A stretch of DNA of 64,000 nt from the NCBI GenBank assembly GCA_964016885.1, contig OZ024742.1:211916001-211980000 (forward strand), read 5' to 3'. Of the stretch, positions 1 to 13,273 are shown one piece after another. Made by a program: the position numbers and the translations under genes. The notes under the pieces were generated by a model. That model ran no database searches. It had not been told where the DNA came from and saw only the letters and a program-made list of their open reading frames with translations. Origin of the DNA: Eledone cirrhosa. Its lineage: Eukaryota. The number at the start of each line of letters is the position of its first letter. Positions within the stretch are counted from its first letter, which is position 1.

Positions 1-684
1 ATGTTTTTCACAAAATGTTTTGTAGAATCTCAGTGCAGCTGACAGGAGGAGGGATTATGATTCCTTTGAAAGGTCTAGCTTGAGTGAGGTCATGAGGGAG
101 TGAGAGAAGAGTTTGTTGTAGTCCAAGGTTAACTCTGATGGATTATTTAGGGATGTTTAGGATTACATAATCCCTTATTTCAGATGATAACATTTGATTT
201 AAGGAGGATTGAGTTGTTATTTGTAGCAGGTTGAACAACTTCACAGAGATTCCTTTGTTGGCTTGCAGTCATAGTTGAAGAGACAGGCAGACACACCTAT
301 ATACTGGAGTGAAAAAACATAAAAACAAAAACATTTCTTCAACCCTTGAATAATGATGACAGGGTAAAGGTGATAAATCTATGGTGTATTCAACTGATAT
401 AACCTGACCGTAGCTCTCCTCTTATACATTCACCCTTTCATCACCAAACACACACATTTGAGCAGCTAAAATATTGCCTGTTATGTGTTGGACACAAGTA
501 GAAACTGTATTGTTGATGTTACTTTCTAAAAGACAATGAAAGAAACAACAAACCATTTAATTGTAACTTCCTGACTAAAGGTGGCTCTCGTTCTATGAAA
601 CAAAACCATCCATTTTAAAAGGTACCCATTTCAATTAAAATCTTTCAAAGTAATTTTAAGAACCCTATGTTAAGTTACTATCTT

Positions 685-930
685 ATCATTATCATCCTTA
701 CTTAACGTTCATTTTCCCTAATCACCTCTCAGGTGGATAGTGGGGGTTGTATCTTGCTTCTACCAAGTGCTTAGATGGACCAGGTGTCTGCATTTGGTTT
801 ATATGTTTCTGTAAGCTACCAAGTGCATTTTATCATGACATAGCTGAAGAGTCTGCCTGACCCTATGTTTGGTAGGTTTTCTATGGTTGAATGCCTTTCA
901 TATGACCAACCATTTTACAGAGTACTGGAC
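685..930 (-). mobile_element. Old RTE-type 3' end fragment
   Basis: atcattatcatc tail and ggttttctatggttgaatgccttt...ccaaccattttacagagt, a diverged version of the 3' UTR seen in RTE copies at 5621 and 53901. Confidence 0.55.
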
Positions 931-1864
931 GTGTTTGAGAAATAATTAAAAAAAATATGCAAAGCCTATTTAGGAGCCAATAACTTTGATAATAGTAGCT
1001 GTTTGATAACATTATCTATGATTATATTAAGCAACTTCCACTATATCTGTAGTAAATCACTATCCTCTCTTCCTGACTTAATTTTCACTTGGTGGTAGAA
1101 ATCTTATTTCTATTTGTGAAAGCTAAAGTTTTGATATTTTCATTTCATCTAAAGAAAGTATGTCAGTTCCATTCCATGTAAGTTGGGTTTTTCATAGAAA
1201 CAATCTTGAACCCCATTATTTAACTTTGCATGAGACTGCATTACCAAAAGATTCTTGAAAAAAAAAAAAAAAAAAAAAAATGACCACTATGATTACATTT
1301 TCAAAAACATGCTCACCAGTAAAGATACTATAAACATTACTATAAACTTGTTTTTAGATATTTAGATATTTTCTACTAAATCATTACAGGGTGTTGAACT
1401 AAGCCAACATTAACTGATCTCAATATCAGTAACAGTTTTTGTCACATAATAGGCACTTAAATTACCTGGTGATAGAGATACCTGTGAATCAACACTATGT
1501 ACTAAACACTTGTTTAAAATGGATGAATTGATCACTACATTTCTGATAATTTCTGGTAACTCAGTTCAGAACAAATATTACAACGGTTTTTGGTAATGTA
1601 CATTAACAAAAAATGCACATTCATTGCACTATGCTGTCTAGAGAACAAGGAATGTCTTTAGTTCTGTCTGTATTCAGATGTCCCCACTTTATCAATCTAC
1701 TTCCCCCACCAATCATGGAGGTTATATCTAATGGATTGCACCAGATCTATCTATACCCCATAAATCCTGCCATCCTCTGTAGTGTAGTATAATTGTATGT
1801 ACTCAGTGCCTATTGTGTTTCATGAATCCTAACATGACAACCCACAAGAAATAAAATCATGAAA

Positions 1865-2080
1865 ATTCCCACCAAAAATCAAAAAATCAAGAGACGGGAA
1901 GGATTCGAAGCAGACCTTAAGAAAATAGTCACAAACCTAAAATTCAGTAAGTCCCCTAATGCCCTTTAAATCACACCAAGAAATGACATTCGCAATATAA
2001 AATCATCAGAGAAAACCCTGTTATTTTCAGGCAAGACGAAAAAATTTACCAAGTAGATGCAACTAAATACTGAAAAATAA
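1865..2080 (+). mobile_element. Penelope-like element fragment (region N-terminal to RT)
   Basis: Translates approximately FEADLKKIVTNLKF...NDIRNIKSSEKTLLFSGKTKKFYQV, resembling the PLE motif FE.DL...I.F...DI..IK.S....ADKT.N.Y. Confidence 0.6.
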
Positions 2081-2084
2081 CCTC

Positions 2085-2375
2085 ACTAGATCAGAGATGT
2101 GAGGTTGACAGCATCACAAAGCAGTGTGTCAGTGTCAATTAAGATGTTGGAGAAAAAGTTTGTCTGAAATGACATTGGTACGCTTAGCATCACTGAAGCT
2201 CAAAAGAAAGAGGCCTAAAATGCTGCTATGAGAGGCTGATGACTGTGGAGAATGAGTGGGAGGAAGAGAGACTACTTCCAGTTGACCTAACAGAGGAACC
2301 AGCTATCGAAATTGACAGTCATAGGGCCAAAGAAATAATCAAGGAGATGAAAAATGGTATATCTGCTGGGCCATG
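2085..2375 (+). mobile_element. RTE LINE internal fragment
   Basis: YERLMTVENEWEEERL...KEIIKEMKNGISAGP aligns by eye to YERLLNEENKWEKDSL...KAIKDMKTGKAAGP in the 58349-60433 ORF. Confidence 0.75.
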
Positions 2376-2499
2376 GTGCTATTTCTCATTCTCTTACAGC
2401 AAATATTTCTTCTGCTACATCCTTTCTGTGGCCTTATCATTTATTAATTATTAAATTGTTGTCAATGCATTATCAATATAAGTTTCAAAAACATTCAAA

Positions 2500-4400
2500 C
2501 AGATTTGACATCTTAACACTTGCATGACTTCAACCAAGTGATTTGCTTTAATCATCAGGAGGAAATTCACTTTCGTTCCATTTGGTGTATTCTGAACAAT
2601 CCAATGGGGAGAAATGTGTTCTCTTTTTAAGTTCATAATGTATGATCGAGGGAAAATAACTTAAAAAAAAACCCAAAGGATTACATCCCTTGATAATGGA
2701 TCTGTTGATGTATTCTAAATGAATAAACCAGTCCCAAAGAAGATAACGATTGTATATGGTACACAGTTCAGTTTCTGTTTCATAAAAATTATGCAATAAA
2801 GAAAAAGGAAAGTGGTTGGACTCAGTTTTTTTTTACATTTATCGAGCACCTGAGATTTAGCATTTACCCCTGCTACATTGAGTTTTTCAGGATCTTTTAC
2901 TATCATTTATTATGAAACCTACATCTTTCAACAATTCTCCAGTTGATGTATTTCATAGATTTTTCTTTTAAAGAACACATGTAACTAAAGAGTGTTGTAT
3001 TTTGTTTATAAATGTTTCTCAAAGAAGTCATATGATTAGGAATTCTTTTCTTGAATGTCCCTTCTGTCATACAAATATAACATTTCAATATGGTTCCAAA
3101 ATTTGAGTCTGTTGATTTAATTACTGCCTAATATATGATAGCCTCTGGATTGCAATATATTGTTGTTTCTCCATGAGCAGTAGATATAGTAAGCTTATAG
3201 GATATACTTTTCTTGGTATTAATAGTTGTTTCTACTTTAGGCACAAGGCCAGCAATTACCCAGTGCATTACTGGTACTTTATTTTATCGACCCTGTAAGG
3301 ATGAAAGGCAAAGTCAACCTCGGCGGGATTTGAACTCAGATCGTAAAGGGACGTAACTATGCTGGAAAGCATGGCGTCCGACCCTCTACCGATACTGCCA
3401 ATCCACCGGTATTAATAGTATAGCTGAAACTTACCTTAAGGTCCTTCTTGTCAAACAGTTTCTTATAACTATAGCTAGTGAGGAAGTAATCTTAGGAAAG
3501 TTTCTACTATGCTTTACTTAATGGGGCTGTAAACTAAATTATGTCATGTTTTTTTTCTTTCTGGAAGAGCAAGGTTGGGAGTATAACTAAATTTATTTTT
3601 GACTCCACTAACCTCTTTAGCATCATTATAGAAATAGGCTGTTCCATTATATATCTCTTTACTAGAGGATATATTTGAGTTCCTTTTAATTATGTTGTTG
3701 ATTAGATTTTTGAATGTTATAGGGAGGTAGCATGAATTGACATATATGTAAGCTTGTCTTTTAGATTTCTAAAAGTGATGAGTATGATGATGTGTGACAT
3801 CCAAGGCATTAACCATAGTTAAATTTGTCTCTACTGTGATTTTCAGTCTGAAAGATCTGAATGTTTGGATAATATTCTTCCTTAAATTTGCATTTGCATT
3901 TTTAGAGATAGCTAACCCTTCTTTCTATGTAAGCCAAAGCTTGTAAGGCTATCTTCAAATTTATCATTATGAGTAGATGTCAGAGGTGGCCACTCTGGAT
4001 TTATTATTTGTTCTGGCCTTGTGTGATGGTGTTCATAGCTTTGATTCTGTATCTGTTGTATCCAGGTCTGCTATTGTACAATTTTCTGTGCTATGCTTTA
4101 AAAAAGCTTACTGCTCAACTGTTACATTTTACCTATTAGTGAGGGTAGACAGTGTGCATTGTGTCTGCTGAGCTAAGTGGCAGTTTGTTCCATTATCTCC
4201 ATGCTAAACAAGTGTCTTTTAGATAGAACCAACATCTATTTTGAGCATTGTTATTTTTTTCTCATGTCTTTATTCTTATTTAAGGAATTTTTATATAAAA
4301 GTCTGCTTGATTTCTGTCCATGTTTTAGTGCACCTCTCTTGATAATTTCCATATATATATGGAGTTTGGAATGAGTTGTTGAAACAGCAAGAGCTCAGTT
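2500..4400 (-). mobile_element. Decayed Penelope-like element (RT C-terminal half + GIY-YIG endonuclease), interrupted by a SINE
   Basis: Fragments KITVETNLTMVNALDVT, FKNLINNIIKRNSNISSSKEIYN, LFDKKDLKVSFSY and the GIY-YIG-like KCYICMTEGTFKKRIPNHMTSLR...YINWRIV (2903-3088) occur in canonical PLE order. Boundaries approximate. Confidence 0.8.
3227..3407 (-). mobile_element. tRNA-derived SINE with 12-bp TSD
   Basis: Minus strand has an A-box-like TGGCAGTATCGG, a B-box GAGTTCAAATCCC and the core GCCTTTCATCCTT...GGGTCGATAAAATAAAAGTACCAG. TSD GGTATTAATAGT at 3215-3226 and 3408-3419. Confidence 0.85.
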
Positions 4401-4437
4401 GTCGGGGTCCTGACTCTTTCCTATAAATATATATATA

Positions 4438-5607
4438 TCTATACATATATATAAAACTGTAGTTGTCTGTGTGTGTGTCCTCATTTTTGCAAAGTCTATA
4501 CAAATCCACATTTATACTCTGATTGCCTTCAAACTTGCATTTATATATTCCTTGCGGTCTAAAGATATTAACTGCAGCTTTTATTTTTCAAATTTCTGTG
4601 GTTAAAGGGGTGTTAGGCACCGGTTATCGATCTCCGTCGAGCCCTTATAATATCTGTCTGTATGTCTGCATTACGACATTATTAAAAACACATCATTGCT
4701 GACGTATTACGTTTGCTTTTTTCCGTTCATTGCCAGGGAACGTCTTTCACGAACCAAAGTATCATCTACCTGTTTTCCTTTGGATGCAACGTTTTTCAAA
4801 ATATTTATTTCTGCGTTCACAGATTGATTTTTTTAGTTTCAGAAGATCCCGTTAAGGGTGAAAGCAGCGATTCTTTGTTTAAACTTTAATCTGTTATTTT
4901 AATATATAATATAAGCGAGGCAAGCCAGCCTAGTTGCCACTTCTTGCCAATAAACATTAACCCTTTGTGCGCCATTCATCTAACTGTAGACCAACAAATA
5001 CCAACTAAACGGAGTGTTGACAAGAACGATAGCAAATGGATCTTCGAGGTAAGCAGTTTCCTCCCGAGCTGTTAGTTCATGTGGGATTCTCTGCTACACC
5101 TTTTCGTAATAATACCGAACAACGTACTGCTGGTCACTCCTTCCTCCAAAAGCCGTACAAAGCGGACATATGCATCGGGCAGATGGATCGGGTGCAAATC
5201 TACACCAGGCCTACGCGAGAAATTCGCAAGGGACTGCACCGAGAGGAATAGAGAGAAAGAGTAACTTAGTGGAAAGAGTGCGAATGAACCTTTGAGGTAA
5301 GTAGCCTACGCCTTACTGCTATGACACTGGAATCTTCTGCCAACTTAACCTATGACTTTCTATTTCACATTTACTCCAAAAGGCCAAAACAAAGGAGTAT
5401 GAAAAGAAGGGGCTCAACAATATGTTTATGAACAATGCACGTAGCCAGCTAAACTGTACTTTCAACTTCTTAATTTTCTCCAAATAAAACAAGTTTCCTG
5501 TCGGTATATTTTCGTGAGTTTTCAACAGGCACTTACAAATAAACATTTCTCATTGGAGGTGCTATTGCCAATGTTCTTACCCGTGCAACGTCGGGATACA
5601 CTGCTAG
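4438..5607 (+). mobile_element. Non-autonomous Helitron (~1.17 kb)
   Basis: 5' A|TCTATACATATATATAAAA; 3' ACCCGTGCAACGTCGGGATACACTGCTAG|T (hairpin + CTAG). Termini resemble those of the 29311-35111 element; no RepHel coding recognised. Confidence 0.82.
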
Positions 5608-5620
5608 TATATATATACAT

Positions 5621-7562
5621 ATCATCATCACCATTTTACGTCCATTCTTCCATGCTAGCATAGGTTAGACGGGTTGTCCTGTTGTGGGCAATGCCAGGTC
5701 AGGTGACCATACCTTGCTCATACAGAACTGATTTTGGCTTGATTTCTACAGCTGGATCCCTTCCTAACACCAACCTCATTTACAATGAGTACTGGGTGCT
5801 TTTATACCATGGCGCCTATACGCCCACTTTATAGTGTGGACTGGATGCTTTTTTGTCGTGACACCTACACAACCACTTAACAGTGGGATGTGGGGATGGG
5901 GGAGGGGGGCCTACTATCTATATGCTTCAGCTTCGGCTTGTTCCTGTAGGAAGTCGGGTATCTGTATTACTGTGTAACAACAGAGGTCACGGTCCTGTGT
6001 CATCGCCTTTGAGAGGTGCAATTGGGCAAGGTTGGCTTTTATCACCTCATCCAAGGTCTTCTTGGGTCTCCCTAGTCCAAGGCTTCCCTCAATTTTTAGT
6101 GCTCTGCACCTTTTTATGCAGCTGTCATCCTTCATACGCATCACATATCCATACCAACGTAATCTCCTTTCCTGCACACAGCATTTGGTTCCTCTTATGC
6201 CTAATCTTTCTCTCAATTTGTTTATGCTTTGCCATTCGCGTATATTACTATTTCACATTCATCAGGGCATGCAAGCTTCATTTCTTTCTAATCTACGCAA
6301 GTCTTCTACAGACAGCGCCCAGGTTTCACTACCATGTAACATTGCTGCTCATATGCATGCATCATACAGTCTGCCTTTCATTTTGAAGTAAAAGCCTTTT
6401 GCAGCTAGCAGTGGTAGTAGCTCCCTGAACTTCTTCCATCCCTTTCTTACCCTGGTTAATGTACTTTCAGAACATCCACCTCCGCTGCTAATTCAGTCAC
6501 CTAGGTAGCAGAAGCTGTCTACTGTTTCTACAGAGCCCTCTCACATTTTGGTAGTGCTTGTTTCCTATGGCTGTTTGCTGCTTGTTGTCCCGGTGCAACT
6601 GCTACATGTAAAGCCTACATTCTTAATTAAGCTTCCTGAGATCCCGCTACATCTCTTGTGTATCCATTGTTTGGGGCAGAGAATGGAATTTCTACTTACA
6701 CTTTTCCTACCTACTGAGCAAGGCCATTTTCCTGAGAGGATCTGGGTCCTGATTTCTCGTCTACTTACAAGGACCTTAGTCTTTGTCAGGTTGACTTTGA
6801 GACCCTTTCTTTCTAGTCCCTGCTTCCATGTTTGGAATTTCTTCTCTAGTTCCACCATTGATTCAGCTATAACTGTGAGATTATCCGCATACAGGAGTTC
6901 CCATGGGCATCCGGTCTTAAACTCCTCTGTTATAGCTTGCAATACTATGATGAACAGGAGAGGGCTAAGAACAGAACCCTGGTGGATACTGACCTGTATG
7001 CTAAATTCATCACTATAGTCTTTGTTAACCCTAACTTTGCTGACTGCTCCTCTATACATGGCTTGTACAGCCTTCACAAGCCATTCATCTACTCCTAGTT
7101 TTCTCAGAGCCCACCAGATTATAGCACAGAGCACTCTGTCAAAGGCTTTTTCCAGATTGACAAATACCAGGTAGAGAAGCTTACTTTTAGCTAGGTACTT
7201 TCCCTGTAACTGCTTCACAAGGAAGAGAGCATCAGTGGTGCTTTTTCCTGGCACAAACCCAAACTGCATCTCATTTAGATTTACCTGGTCTCTAATCAAC
7301 TGTGTTATAACCTTTTCTGTTACTTTCATGACCTGGTCCATCAGCTTTATACCTCTATAGTTTCCTCTATCTAGTGCATCACCTTTCCCCTTGTAGCAGT
7401 TGACAATAATGCTGCTGCACCAATCCTTTGGTATGATGCCCTCTAGTATTACTTGGTTAAAAATACGTGTGGTTATGGTGTGACCTACCGACCCAGATGC
7501 CTTCAGCACCTTGACAGCTATACCCGGTTGCCTTCCCAGTCTTCATATCTTTAATTATCTTA
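5621..7562 (-). mobile_element. 5'-truncated RTE-clade LINE (RT, PHD-like finger, C-terminus, 3' UTR, (TGA)n tail)
   Basis: ORF 6565-7509 has NYRGIKL, QFGFVPGKSTTDA, LEKAFDRV, HQGSVLSPLLF and YADN (decayed YADD). 5914-6216 has ERRLRWYG...GRPKKT. atcatcatca tail at 5621. Confidence 0.93.
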
Positions 7563-9299
7563 CTACATGGCTGCTGATTTAGTATATATATATAATGTGT
7601 GTATGTGTATATTTATATATGTGTGTGTATTGTGTATGCAAATATGTATATGTGTATGTGAGTGTATAAGGATCAAGCAAATTGAATGTGTCAACGTGGA
7701 GAGAACTCAACATAATGAGTATAGAGTTAATTTATATATTTTCTGCAATTATAAAAAAAACTTTACCAATGTATTACTTTTGTTACTAAAAGTTTCAAAG
7801 ACTTTGAACATCTATCTTCAAACATATGTTGACATCTTAACACTGGCATAGTCTCAACTAAATGATGTGCTTAGTAAACTATTTTTCATAGTGAATAACC
7901 CCACGTTGAAGCATTCAAATTCAAAATCCTCTCAATGTTTCTAGAAATACAATTGTTTATATACATATACTATGTAAAGGTATCAATATATATTAAATAT
8001 GTAATGATCATGTTTCTCAATAAAAAAGCTCAATGGATCTTAGTTCAGAGCATCAATTATACAAGTTTAAAATATACACAGAGGAGGAAAAAGCATATAT
8101 CTTTTGAGAAACATAGCATTTTGTACACATATATAGAGCAAATAATGTGTAGGAAAATATACATGATTTAGTATCACCTTACAGTATGTATATTTTCCTC
8201 TACCTATATATATATATCTTTTAAACTTGTATACATATATATATATCAACTGGCCAGACTTGTTTCATAACATGGGCAACCCATCTAACCCATGAAAACA
8301 TGGAAAAATGGATGTTAAAGGTTGATGATGATGATGATGATGATACATATATATTTCTATATTTCTGAATATATATATATAAAATTTGAGTATGTGTTGG
8401 CTGGTTATCGACACTTCAGTATGCAGGGTAGAGCACTCAACGAAGTGCGCAGGTGGGTCTGTTTACTCCGGAGTAATTTAAAAACAAGGAGTGTAAGTCA
8501 ACAGGTTAAAATTAACTTTGTTTATTCATATTCGCTGTTATATATATATTTCAGTGATAACCATTATTCAACAGCTATGATCTCATGAGACAGCTAGAAC
8601 TTGAACAGAAAAAACAGAAAAACATAATGAAAGAACAAAGTTTATCTCTGTTATTTTGGTCCTTTGATATGCCCTGTCCCGAAGTATGGTGTTTTCTCAA
8701 AGAACTGGTGGCATATGATTTACAATGAACGAATTCAAGCATCAGTAGAATTTACCTTCCCCTCATTGTTCAGATACTATCTTATCACTCTAACATCAAT
8801 TCTATTGAATTTCTTAGGTCAGTTGTCCTCGAAACTCATCAGGTTGTTAGGGTTGTTTTTAACAACCAACTATAACAACTGTGTATACCTAGAAAATAGT
8901 GTTTTAGTCTAGGTGACCTAGTTGACCTTAGTGGCAGTAGTGTTAATATGTTACTACCACTCCTCATTTTGCGGTAGTATTGGAGTTGTTAGTGAAAAAT
9001 TCACATATGTAAACAGATATGGGTTCATTTGGGAATGTGTAGGCTTATCAATATTAAGAGTCCTGATAGTAAGAGGTGTTAAAATTATAATTGTAGGTGT
9101 TAAAAATTATAATCCCTATTAGACATGCCACTGTCTAAATATTATTGGTTAGAAATCTATAAAATGAATACAAAGTAAAGGAAAGGGAGTGAGAGAACAC
9201 ATCAAGACGGACAACTGATGCTGCACACAAGGTCCGAACACAGAAGAGCCGAACTCCCACTGTCATCGCCTCCATCTCACTCACCCTCCCCATCTCTCT

Positions 9300-10556
9300 G
9301 TATTATGAGCAAATGGGGTCCCACACGTTGGCGGACAGAATGGAGGTGTTTTCCCGGAGGATAATAAGGGAGATGCGCTGGAAGAACCATTCCATCTCAT
9401 AAGAAGGCTCACACCTGCGGCTAGCCAGCTCAGCGCCTATGGTGGTAAGTAGGGAGGTAGCCCTAGGGCCAAAGATACCAGAAGTCTCCACTGCTAGGAA
9501 CTCAACTGCAAACCTGCTGGAGAGCGATCGATACTTGGAGAGTCTGCCTGAAGTGCAGCAGAACCTGGGTTAGTTGCAGACTGCACCAGGTTGCTGCAAG
9601 TGGCATCTCATATGAGGAGTTTACCACTGCGGAGATGGTCATACCATCTGGCCTTTTGCCGTCCCCTCGGTCCGGCCCCACTGGCTCGAGCTGGGAGGGG
9701 AAGCCTGCAGCATCCAAGACGTGCTTTATAACCTCATTGAGGGCAGCATGGTATGGAAGGCAACCGGCACTGTGGTGACAGGAAAGCGGGTGGAAGCCGA
9801 AAGAGTCCATGGTGCTGGCGTCCCTGGATACCGGTTCCAGTGGGCAGCTATTGAAGAACTGCCTCCGGAAGACATTGTCCATAGCAATGGGGCGTATGCC
9901 ACCCTCATTCTTCTTGGGAGCAGTCAGGCTAGCCGAAAAAAAGAGGCTTCAGGCATGAGGGTCCAGGGTGCCATTAGTGAGTGCCACAATTGCACTCAGA
10001 AGGTGGTGCCCAGCCTCAGTGGAGAGGGGAGATAACAACTCTTTGAAGTGGCCAGGTCGGAGGCTGTCAGCACCTCCGCTGCTGCTGGCTGGGAAGGACT
10101 TGATGGCAGACTTGATGTCTGTGTCGGAAGCCACAAAGAGCAAGTGAGGATCAGGTGGGGGTATGGGTCTAAGTTCATCGGGCGGCTCAGGGTGCTTGAG
10201 CTGCAGTGCAGCCAGGACCTCCTCAGTGGATTGGAGGACAGTATCCTATGAGGCAACCACTCTGACTGCAGCTGAGACATCACCCATGATTAGTTTAGCA
10301 TTTACGCGGTCATGTAAACGCTTTGCGCTGGCCTCAGGGGTGGAGGATTGAAGACACTCAAGAGCAGAGGGTGTGGTGTCCTTCGGCACACTTGGGATGG
10401 GTGCTTGCCCAAAGACGAAACATTGGCCTTGACAAAAGCTGTTGTCAACAGGCCGCCTCGCTCAGGATCAGAGTTGAGGAGGCTGAGGGCAAGTGGGGTG
10501 AAATAAAAAAGGCGCTCCCAGTCACTGGCTCGATTAGAGTCGAGGGCCCTCTGGAG
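9300..10556 (-). mobile_element. CRE-type (restriction-like endonuclease) non-LTR retrotransposon relic with most of the RT deleted
   Basis: AIKSFPASSSGGADSLRPGH (domain 0) and KKNEGGIRPIAMDNVFRR (RT motif 1) are followed directly by DSFGFHPLSC...HAALNEVIKHVL..AG...EP...DGKRPDGMT and ETSGIFGP...FFQRISLII, the typical CRE C-terminal knuckle + RLE. Confidence 0.8.
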
Positions 10557-10674
10557 GGCACAAGGCTAGCAATTGTCTCAGTGTATTACTGGTACTTTAT
10601 TTTATCGACCCCGTAAGGATGAAAGGCAAAGTTAACCTCGGCGGGATTTGAACTCAAACCATAAAGGGCCGTAA
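10557..10674 (-). mobile_element. tRNA-derived SINE (same family as 3227-3407), partial
   Basis: ggcacaagg...ctggtactttattttatcgaccccgtaaggatgaaaggcaaagttaacctcggcgggatttgaactc. Confidence 0.8.
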
Positions 10675-12089
10675 ATGCAGTTACATATAATGTTTTCTGG
10701 GTCAGGTGAATATGTGTTAGTGCAGAATGTGTGGCTTTAGTGAAAATAATAATAGTAAAGTATTTTTTTTAAAGTACTTACAGATTTGTGGGTAAAACGT
10801 GGTGTGTTGTTGATATAGAAAAGATAGATTCTTTTAGGGTTTTGGAGACAGGACACTTTGTAGAATAATTATTTCAATGATTCTTTTCTACCTTTACAGT
10901 TCAACTTTCTGTTTCATGTCTTTTGTTTTCACTTGGACTGTATGCTTCTCTGTGTTATATCTATAAGGTTCCATGTGAAACACCATAATTATAATATAAT
11001 TTCCCTCTTTAGACTCATTAAAAAAAAAATTCTTGGTTCTGTGTGTTGCTGCTGACTCTTGCAGGGCCCCAAGAAAACACGTTCACACAGTTCGAAGTTG
11101 TAGTGACCTACATTCTGATGGTTCTTGAATACATTCTTCATACGTTGTTTGGCTCAGTTCAGCCAATCGCTATCAGTGTAGGAGAATGTATTTCAACCTC
11201 TGCCGAAAGGGAAAAATTCCCGCTTCGCTTCAAAAATCTCTCTCTTGCAGTTCGACACCGTGAAGGTAAACATCTCTTGATTTCGTTCCTCAAGCATAGA
11301 CAATATGTAGCAACAAATATAACTACAGGCCTGGCTAACACCTCAGCCAGTTGACCGTACCTCCTTAAACTCTTAATTTGTCTATTCACTTCATTATGGC
11401 ATGCCAGCTAAACCTTTGTAATCTGTTTGTAAATAAATCATATATCAAAAAACGTCGTAATGCCTTATGATGATATTTGCCACATTCCCTTGGACGGCTT
11501 CGGTTACTCTCTGTGATACAATACACAAACAAATATTAACCTTCTCAACACACATATAACTATCATTAACAACCAGAATACACGTTCTAAATTGGTGAAC
11601 ATTCTACAAAATAACTTTGTATAAATATCTATACACGCACTCACATATAAGCACATACACACACATACATATGCTTTAGAAAGGTGAAAATAGAAATAAT
11701 AGGTACATCTTATTTACTTATCACAGTTAGTATTGACTTTTATGTGCGAAAGGGATTAGGTTGGAGATAGTTTGTCCTTAGGAAAACTGGATTATAGACC
11801 GAGGGTAGATGGTGAAACCTGGTGAGCAGAAATGTGGTGTGTATGGAGATACCCAGTTTAGGACGCTGCCGATGTATAATATCTCGCTAAATAGCTAGTG
11901 GCTGGTTACTTGGGTTAGAACTAAGGAAGTGAGAAAGAAGGGTTAACCACTGTGACGTAAGGCATGGGCCCAACCGCTACGTAAGTGCGGTTCTGTGGTG
12001 TTTTTAAATGCTAATCAAGTAAAGAAGAGAGGAGAGAGGTAGGTTCAGTGGGCGAGTTGGTGTTTTTGGGACTCAGTGTGCTGGGGTTG

Positions 12090-12800
12090 CTATCCATATA
12101 GCTTGAGGAAAGTTCCTGTCCTTAGGTGTTGACATGCACCAAAGAAATCTGCCCTCTGATTGATTAAATTTATTCCACCACTGAGTATTTCAAGCGTCTC
12201 ACTTAAGCAGAGGCTGCAAATGCCAGACCTGCCTCCATCTGGAGGTACCTCCTTAACTTTGGACCAAACCAATGAGTACGGGGTGTAGTGGTGATTATAC
12301 CATCTGTCCTTGAAGTTGCTCCTATGCATATATGTTCCGAGTTGAGGGTTGTAACCCTGCATCGGTAAACTAGGTCCTTCACCAGGCATTCATTTCTAAG
12401 GGCATAAGACGGGGTTTCTGCAGTTGCATGAAATAGTCAACCCCTACATATTTACTGTGGGGTGCCCATTGGGTAGGTTGGTGTTACTTGGTTCAGTCCC
12501 GGGTCTACTGTTTACCCCGTCATGGCTATAGGATCAACTGTTGTCTGCCTAAATGTCCTAAGTCTATTTCTATTGATACTAGCTATGTGCTAGGCTACGC
12601 TGCGTGTGGTGGAGTACGAGAGCTTCACTGTGTGTCTATTAAAAATTTTGTGGTGCCTGTGGGTCCTCGGGAAGCATTTATCCAGTGCCCTAAAGAATGA
12701 ATTGGCCAGGGCCAGGCTGGTCTGCAGACCCACAGAGTATGGTGGATTATACCACGTTATTTTTCTAAGCTTAGTCCTATGTATGTGGGTTGAGTACACA
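12090..12800 (-). mobile_element. Decayed Penelope-like element fragment
   Basis: RKITWYNPPYS...LDKCFPRTHRHHKIFNRHTVKLSYS (PLE post-RT linker), a CNCR motif near 12420, and the C-terminal CSLCLSETLEI...LINQRADFFGACQH. Confidence 0.8.
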
Positions 12801-13004
12801 CTAGGCCATTGAGGAGTTATTGGGGACCTACAGCCCCCAGCACTTGTGTGTTATGGTTTCTGCTTACTGTTCTGTCCCGGCCCACACCAAAGTTTCCATG
12901 TTGAGGTATTCCACTGTCTATCCCAGTCGGTGTTCTGTGGTTGGGGACGCTGGGGCCGGGGTGGTTTGCATCACCGCTAGACCCACCTCTCATACTGCGT
13001 TTTT

Positions 13005-13208
13005 ACATTTGGCACAAGGCCAGCAACTTGAAAGAAAGGGGAAAGTTGCTTAACTCGAACCCAGTATGTTACTGGTACTTTATTTTATCAACCCTGTAAG
13101 GAAAAAAGGCAAAGCTAACCTCGGTAGGATTTGAACTCAGAATATGAAGGGCTGTAACTATATTCCACAAAGCATGTTGCCTGACGCTCCACCAATACTG
13201 CCAATCTA
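13005..13208 (-). mobile_element. tRNA-derived SINE (same family); a second degraded copy at ~13415-13545
   Basis: Same core and B-box (ggatttgaactcag) as 3227-3407. Confidence 0.82.
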
Positions 13209-13273
13209 CTTTGTCATGTAATGATATACAATTTTTTTTTTTCACAAGACATCATCTTGAAAGTTACACAGAT

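Noticed and set aside
8395-8545. Possible LTR end (minus strand AATAAA...CCAACA)
   Set aside because: No partner LTR, TSD, PBS or PPT could be identified.
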